A DNA stretch of 64,000 nucleotides, taken from contig CAUYUJ010000114.1 of the NCBI GenBank assembly GCA_963575745.1, positions 124,001 through 188,000 of the forward strand, written 5' to 3'. This DNA is from Prorocentrum cordatum (lineage: Eukaryota). The stretch's first letter is position 1, and each line of letters opens with the position of its first letter. The notes beneath the pieces are model-generated. The model made no database searches and was not told where the DNA came from. It worked only from the letters and a program-made list of their open reading frames with translations. Below, piece after piece: positions 57,423 through 64,000 of this stretch. The position numbers and the translations under genes are program-made.

Positions 57423-60400
57423 TCATTCACTCATCGGTTGCTTGCTATGCTGATTGCCCCGATCATGCAACCCCCGCCTGTCCTGAACAAGTCGGCCCCA
57501 ACTAAGCCTGTGCGGCTTGAGCTTCTGGAACACCGCGTGGGCGAGGAAGAAGCCCAGCGTGCCCGCGAGCTGGCTCGGGCTGTCTGAGCGGAGAGCCCTG
57601 CCGATGAACATGGCGACGACTTCGCCGCGAGCGATAGATTCATCATCACCCGCCCCGTGCTGGAATGATTTAGATACCTTCTCTATGTTCTTCCGCATGC
57701 GCTCGGAGGTCCTACCGAACGGGTTGCACAGACAGCGATTAGCAGCCCTGCATAGATAAGCCGCCAGTGGGGGAGGCGTTGCTCTTGCAACCTCTGGCAC
57801 GACGCTGTCCTGCACCACCCTGCACAATTCGCCGCACGTGGCGCCGATAAGGCCAAGCGTGAGAGACACGTCATGGTGTCCGCCGCGCGCTCTCAAAGAA
57901 GCAATATGCCCCGCCATCATCCTGCACTGCGGGAACCCCGCAGACATCATGTACAAGCGTCGCCCAAGCAAGGCGCTCCAATCTTCAGCGCCCCCACCAT
58001 CGTGATCACGGCGGAGGTGGTGAGGATATATGCCTTCGAGTGCCGCCAGGGGACCAGTCGGCGAAGTCTCCCACGAAGCATTCTCGGCGGCATCGGCATC
58101 GGATGATGCCAGCGCGGAAGCTCGACACCTCCGAAGCGCCTGCCGCGCTTCTCGACCTCTCGCGACGAGCTGATCTGGGCCGAGGAGTGCCAGCTGCATA
58201 TCCGACGACTGGCGAGCCACAAGCGCGGGGGCGGCGCGCGGCCGCGCACCGCCGCCACCGCCGAGCGGCCTCATGTCCCCTGCGTCCCGTGCATCGTTGG
58301 CTTTCTCTGCCAACTCCTTGTAGTTCTGGAGGCCCTCTTCAACGAGCTCCGCGCACCTCTCGGACAACTCCCTGCACGATGGGCGAGCCGCCCCCCGCAG
58401 CCCCGCCGCCCGTTCGCCACGAAAGGCATCCCAGGACGATATATTGCGAGACTTCGGCTTCGGTTCGCCCTGGGCCTGGTGGCCCTGGTCGTCGTCGCCG
58501 CCCCCACTGGCGGCACGTCCACGCTCGGCTCTGGCAATCGATCTATGTCCCGACCAGCCCTTGGCCGCAGCCTCCAACTGCTCATTGATCCAATATGTGT
58601 TCAGGCCATACATATCAACAACTCGTCGTTGCACGGGCCCCCCCACCTGGAAACGCATGTTTTTTCTGATGGCGGTATTCGATTTGAACTGTCTCGTCTG
58701 CCATGAGAAGCGCAGTGCTCCTCAGGTCGGCCTGGGTACTGGGCGAAAGCAACTGCTTATCGTGGAAAAGAACAAACTGCATAGACCATGTATTCATCCG
58801 TTTACCGCACTCGGCATCTCTCACCACCTCTGTTGCGAGCTCAGGTATGCTGATGATCCCGAACGTCTTGTACGGATAATTGCAGTGATCGGTGCGCAGC
58901 TCGTGCATGATGCAGAGGCCGCGCGACAGCATCATAAACACCTTGACCTGCCACTCCTTAGCCATGTGCGTTGCTGGAATAATTTGCCACGCATCTGAAT
59001 CTGACATCAGCCTCCACGTCTCGTCGATGAACGCACTCTCCACGATGCCGTCGCACGCCAAAGGTAGCCGAAGGTCCCGCCTCGGAACGGAGCCCAAGTC
59101 GACGCCGCTTGTTGAACCCTCCTGGCGAGCAGCTTTGGACTCGATATCCGTTTGCTTCTTCTCCCATCTATCTCCAGCAATGTACAACAGTTCCCCCATG
59201 ACATTGATGTGCGGGGCAAGGGTTATGAACAAGGTAGCGCTATCGGCAAGCACGCTGCCAGAATCAATACATTCGCATACTGACCGTCGAAATATGTGTT
59301 GCTCTCTCCTTTTTTCCTCTTCGGCGTTGACGTCGTCCTTTTTCCCCTCATGGTCTGGCATCTTGACGCCGGGCTCAGTGTCGCCATCGATGCCCTCGGC
59401 TCTCTCACAATCACCCTCCTCTCCAGGGGCGTCCTCGAGAGGTAATGGTAATGGCCGATCGCCATCGTCGGCGGCGTCGCCCACGGCGGGCGGCCCGCGG
59501 CCAGCGCGCCTGGGAATGCTGCAAAGCGTTTCCGCAAAATCCCGATACGCGGTGGAGAACACGCCGAAAACCAATTCCATAATGCAGATCCATTGGACGG
59601 CATCTTCGCAATCAGTCCAGTTGCGGCTGGGGAATGATCCAGGGCCGTTCCAGACTAATGCTCGGGTCCCTCTGGTAACAAGCTGCTTGATGATGGCATC
59701 GTCGCTCTCGCCCCCAGTCGAGTGCACGATTACCTTTCCTTTGCAATATTCCCATGGCCCGTTGAACAGCGCAAGCAACTCGCTCCTGCGAAAAGCCTTA
59801 TCTGGCGTATCGGGTAATACACTGTTCAACGCTCGAACGTTCCACAGAGACTCGCGATGGCTCAGGGCGTGCCTCACGATGGTCGCCTCGCAGAGCGCGC
59901 GACGAACCGCACCGCGAAATATCTTCAAGTGGTTCTGAAACGATAGCGACAAGGACACGTGCTTCATTTTGGACACGACTGTCTTCATCAAGCCGCATAC
60001 ATCTTCCCTCGCATTACAGCACTTGTGCACGAAACACTGCGTGCGAAGAGCAGCAGCGGCAGCCTCCTTTTCTCGTGTAAGTGCTCGTGCTCGCTCAGCC
60101 CGTTCGATAGCTTGGTCCCCGTCGCTGGCCACGCACCGCTGCTGCCGCTTGAACTTCGGGCCAACGTCATCCAAGTTCAACAGCTGCTGCAACAAGTCTG
60201 AACATTAGTAGAAATTCGATGCTGTCGTTCGGGCCATGCACAGAAGGGGCAAGGGCGGCACCCATGTGAATAAGACCCATTTCGAATGCATGCGAACCAA
60301 TACCCCGACCACGATCTCGGACTGGAATAACTTAGCAACCCCAGTGTCCCGTTCGCCAACCGTCCTAGTGGCATAATTGGGCACCTGCTCGAGCCTCTCC

Positions 60401-61341
60401 AAGACCTCGTCGGGCAGACCGTACAACCGATCCTGGTCGATGAGCGTCATTGCCATTGGGGTTTCGTCGCGCCGCCAGCACGTAGATAGAGTATGCAGCA
60501 TCCTGTCGGCAGCTGCCACTACAGTCTCACATAGCTTAGTGATGTTATCCCGCATCTGCCAATAAAACAGCAACAGCGAGATGCATGCCAATCGGGAGGC
60601 TGTGGAAAGCAATGCTCGTCTGGAGACACCGAACCGCTTAGCATGATCAGTGTGCGCGTTGACTTTCCGCCATGCGCATCGCCTGGACACGATATCATCC
60701 ACGACCTTGCCGAAATTCATATCTTTGGTTATGCTGTCCAGGCCCCCACTCGCCATGAGTTTCACGATGATGGCGAATACCTTGGGCGTCCCACTGAGAA
60801 TCCGATGGCTATCTGGCAGCGGCCGGCTGGGCTGGCCTGCGCTCCCTGGGGCAGGCTCATCGGGGGGTGGGGGTGGGCGGGCGCCGCTTTCACTCAAATC
60901 CGCAATTTCTGGCAGCAGGCAGCGCGACTGGCCCGACGCACTTTCCACGAGACGTTTTGATTGCTCTGCGATCTCCCTCAACATTTCCCTGGCAACCCCG
61001 GCGGACACGACGGCTGGAGCAGGAGGCGCGCTTTCCGAAGCTGCTGGACGGGCTGCTTCCAAGACGGGCTGAGCAATTGACACTGCGCCCTCACATGAAC
61101 GCGGCTCCGCATCTGGTGGCTCATTCCCCCCGTCTGGCCGTCCGCCACTCTCACTCGCGGCGGGAGACACCCATCCAATCAATAATTCATCAACGTCCTG
61201 CTCAGGACCAGCTGCTGCAACAGATTGCCCGAAATCCTCGACGAGCTCGCTGCTGACATCAATATGTTCGAACAGGCCGTCGCAGCTGGAAGAACCATCT
61301 GAAGCCAACCAATCATCTAATCGAATTCTGGGATCGACCAT
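57423..61341 (-). pseudogene. hAT-like DDE transposase with an HMG-box-like segment, disrupted by one stop and one frameshift
   Basis: ATG at 61341. ORFs 60205-61575 and 58615-60195 share a frame across TAA 60205-60207; frameshift near 58660. Motifs WRRDETP (D1), VASDGD (D2), CFVH (CxxH), FPSRNW, TVQIEYRH (E), followed by SSWDAF...ELSERCAEL...YKELAEKAN (HMG-like). Confidence 0.7.
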
Positions 61342-61357
61342 GCTGCCAGGATAATAT

Positions 61358-61380
61358 TTTGAGCCAAAAACGGTTACGGA
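61358..61380 (-). other. Relict spliced leader 16 nt upstream of the outer transposase ATG
   Basis: TCCGTAACCGTTTTTGGCTCAAA vs TCCGTAGCCATTTTGGCTCAAG. Confidence 0.7.
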
Positions 61381-61841
61381 TTGATTGAACCGCCTTGTAT
61401 ATTTTCGTTTTCGTTTGCCACTGTGGCTATACACCCTACCGTCCCGCGTCCACTCATCACAAGTACATGCAACCGTTCCTCTTCGCACCTGGATGAGCAC
61501 GCAAGCATTCCTCATACGGCCATACAAGCAATCCTCATAAGTCAATCGTCCCGTTGCATACGGCCATACAATCATTCCTCATAAAGGTCATACAAGCATT
61601 CCATACACGCGCGTGCCACCGATGCGGGCTTATCGGTGCTGCTGCCCCCCTCGCTCGTGAACAATAAAGGGTCAAGCTGTGGGCCCGTCCGAGCCCCCCC
61701 TGATGCTGTCCTTCACGAGGCCGCTTCCCAATCCTCCCAAACAGTGCCCTTCACGAGGCCCCCCCCCCCCCTACTCCGATGGGCAGCGTCCCCCCACTAG
61801 ACTGACCGCTGATGGTATCGATTGTTCGCCCTCACCCCTAC

Positions 61842-61919
61842 GTGTTTGAAAAAGTGTGTGAAGTTTTTTTTTTTTGAAAAATTGTATCAGATCTGTTCCT
61901 ACGCAAACGAACTTCTCAA
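61842..61919 (-). repeat. Right terminal inverted repeat
   Basis: Reverse complement TTGAGAAGTTCGTTTGCGTAGGAAC...ACACTTTTTCAAACAC matches the left end. Confidence 0.85.
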
Positions 61920-62002
61920 TGCTACTACTACCACTACTACTAGTACTCCCACTCCGACTGCTACTGCTACTACTACTACTACTGTTACTTCTACTTCTAC
62001 TT

Positions 62003-62064
<62 letters not shown>

Positions 62065-62079
62065 GCTGCTGCTGCTACG

Positions 62080-62111
<32 letters not shown>

Positions 62112-62136
62112 CACTACCACTTCCACTACCACTCCG

Positions 62137-62181
<45 letters not shown>

Positions 62182-62279
62182 GTACGACGACGACGACTAC
62201 TACTACTACTGCTACTACTACTACTACTACTACCACTACTACTACTACTACTACTACTGCTACTACTACTGCCACTACG

Positions 62280-62331
<52 letters not shown>

Positions 62332-62372
62332 ATACTACTGATACTACTGCTACTGCTGCTACGACTACTGCG

Positions 62373-62422
<50 letters not shown>

Positions 62423-62460
62423 TACTACTACTACCGCTACCACTATCACTACCACTACCA

Positions 62461-62518
<58 letters not shown>

Positions 62519-62674
62519 GACTACCACCACCACCGCCACCACCACCACCACCAACTACCACTACCACTACCACTGCCATTATCACTACCACTACCACTAC
62601 CACTACCACTACCACTACCACCACTACTGCTACTGCTACTGCTACTGCTACTGCTACTGCTGCTGCTGCTGCTG

Positions 62675-62709
<35 letters not shown>

Positions 62710-62752
62710 GCTACTGCTACTACTACTACTACTACTACTACTACTGCTACTG

Positions 62753-62798
<46 letters not shown>

Positions 62799-62850
62799 CA
62801 CTACTTCCACTACTACGACTGCTTCGGCCACTGCCACTGCCACTGCCATC
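61920..62850. repeat. (CTA)n microsatellite, right flank
   Basis: Same orientation as the left array; begins with the TSD copy TGCTACTA. Confidence 0.97.
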
Positions 62851-62987
62851 GCCGCCGCAATCACCTTTCCTACTCCTACCAAAGTGCCCCCCACACGCAT
62901 CAAGATCGGAGTGTGTGTGGCCACTTTTTCTGGGCGGGAATGAAGCCCCATAAAAGCCCACCAGGGTTTTTCATCTAACAGAATGAA

Positions 62988-63169
62988 TATCGTTTAACCG
63001 ATCCCCAGCCCCAGCGACGTGGCCTAGGCCCTACTGGCCGATTTACCCCCCTAGATTGGGATATGGGCCGTTCACTTAGAGTTTCGAGGGCTGTATCCCT
63101 AACTGGGGCGGTAATTTGGTGGGGGTCTCGACGGGGATGGGAATGGGGATGGGGATTGATTAAACGATA
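62988..63169. mobile_element. ~180-bp MITE-like element
   Basis: TATCGTTTAACCGATCCCCAGCCCC (62988-63012) is the near-perfect reverse complement of GGGGATGGGGATTGATTAAACGATA (63145-63169). The outer TA may be a TA target duplication. Confidence 0.65.
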
Positions 63170-64000
63170 CTGACAGAAGAAGCCTTCATATGTTACTTCT
63201 AATTGACAGGCCAGCGCGGGCCGCGGTACCATGCATCTGGCCGCGCGACGGGCCACACAAACACGCAACGTGCCACACAAACCCCCAACGGGCCACACAA
63301 ACACGCGGTCGGCTCGGGGGAGGAGGGTCAGATACGCATCCCCCCCCTGTGGGTCCCGCGGCCTCAGAAAGCACCAAGACAGGCCAAGCGTGCCCCGAGA
63401 GGCCCCCGAGACGGTCCAAGAGGGCCCCCAATCGCCAACCTGTCGGTCCAAAACGCATTGACGCCCTCCAGACTGCCCAGGAAGCCGCCAAGACGTCCCA
63501 AAAAGCATCCAAGAGCACTCCCGAGAAGGGCCCCACAAGGCAAAACTCATTGACTTCCCTGAGGTTGTCCAATGATTTGGGCTCCAACACGGTCCACCGA
63601 ACATCGCCCCAAGACAGCCCAAGAAGCCTCCAAGAGGGCCCCAAAACAGCCTAAGAGGACCCCCAAAACACCCCACAACGCCTCCAAGACGGCCCAAGAA
63701 GCTTCCAAGACAGCTCTAAGAGCGTGCCCAAACGGGGGACCCGAACAGACATGTCGAACCCTCGGCTCCAAGAGGCTCCCAGGAGGCCCCAAAGATGCCT
63801 CCACGAGGCCCACAAGAGGTCCCCAGGAAGCCCGAAGAGGCCACAAGAGGCTCCCAAGAGGGCCCCAAGAGGCTCCCACGAGGCCCCCGAATTCCTCCCC
63901 AGAGGCCCCCGAGAGTCTTCCGAAGAGATCCCAAGAAGCATCCCTCTGGCCCACGCCAGCGTCGTCGTCGCCGCCGCCGCTGTTGTCGTCGTCGTTCCCC

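Larger units (their letters stand above)
18057..61919. mobile_element. Giant (~43.9 kb) TIR DNA transposon, hAT-like, inserted in (CTA)n
   Basis: Left end TTGAGAAGTTCGTTAGCCGTAGGAAC; right end reverse complement TTGAGAAGTTCGTTTGCGTAGGAAC. 8-bp direct repeat TGCTACTA at 18049-18056 and 61920-61927. Same-orientation (CTA)n on both sides. DDE transposase genes inside. Confidence 0.8.

Noticed and set aside
61342..61575. N-terminal extension of the 456-aa ORF
   Set aside because: It spans the relict leader and short repeats; the ATG at 61341 is the more plausible start.

Overview
Eukaryotic, GC-rich, repeat-dense DNA with dinoflagellate hallmarks: GC/GA splice donors with AG|G junctions, relict copies of the spliced leader DCCGTAGCCATTTTGGCTCAAG, and tandem gene copies. 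The taxon is inferred from these features. The main structure is a candidate ~43.9-kb giant DNA transposon (18057-61919) with terminal inverted repeats (TTGAGAAGTTCGTT...) and an exact 8-bp target-site duplication (TGCTACTA), inserted into a (CTA)n microsatellite. It carries a disrupted hAT-like DDE transposase at its right end (HMG-box-like and PARP-type zinc-finger-like segments), a second apparently intact 3-exon hAT-like transposase in a probable nested element, several spliced cargo genes of unknown function, and satellite arrays. Several of these genes have relict spliced leaders just upstream. Left of the element are two near-identical tandem copies of a secreted Cys-rich protein gene, each with a different TIR/TSD-bounded Introner-like intron near its 3' end. 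All family calls are from motif reading by eye, with no database search.
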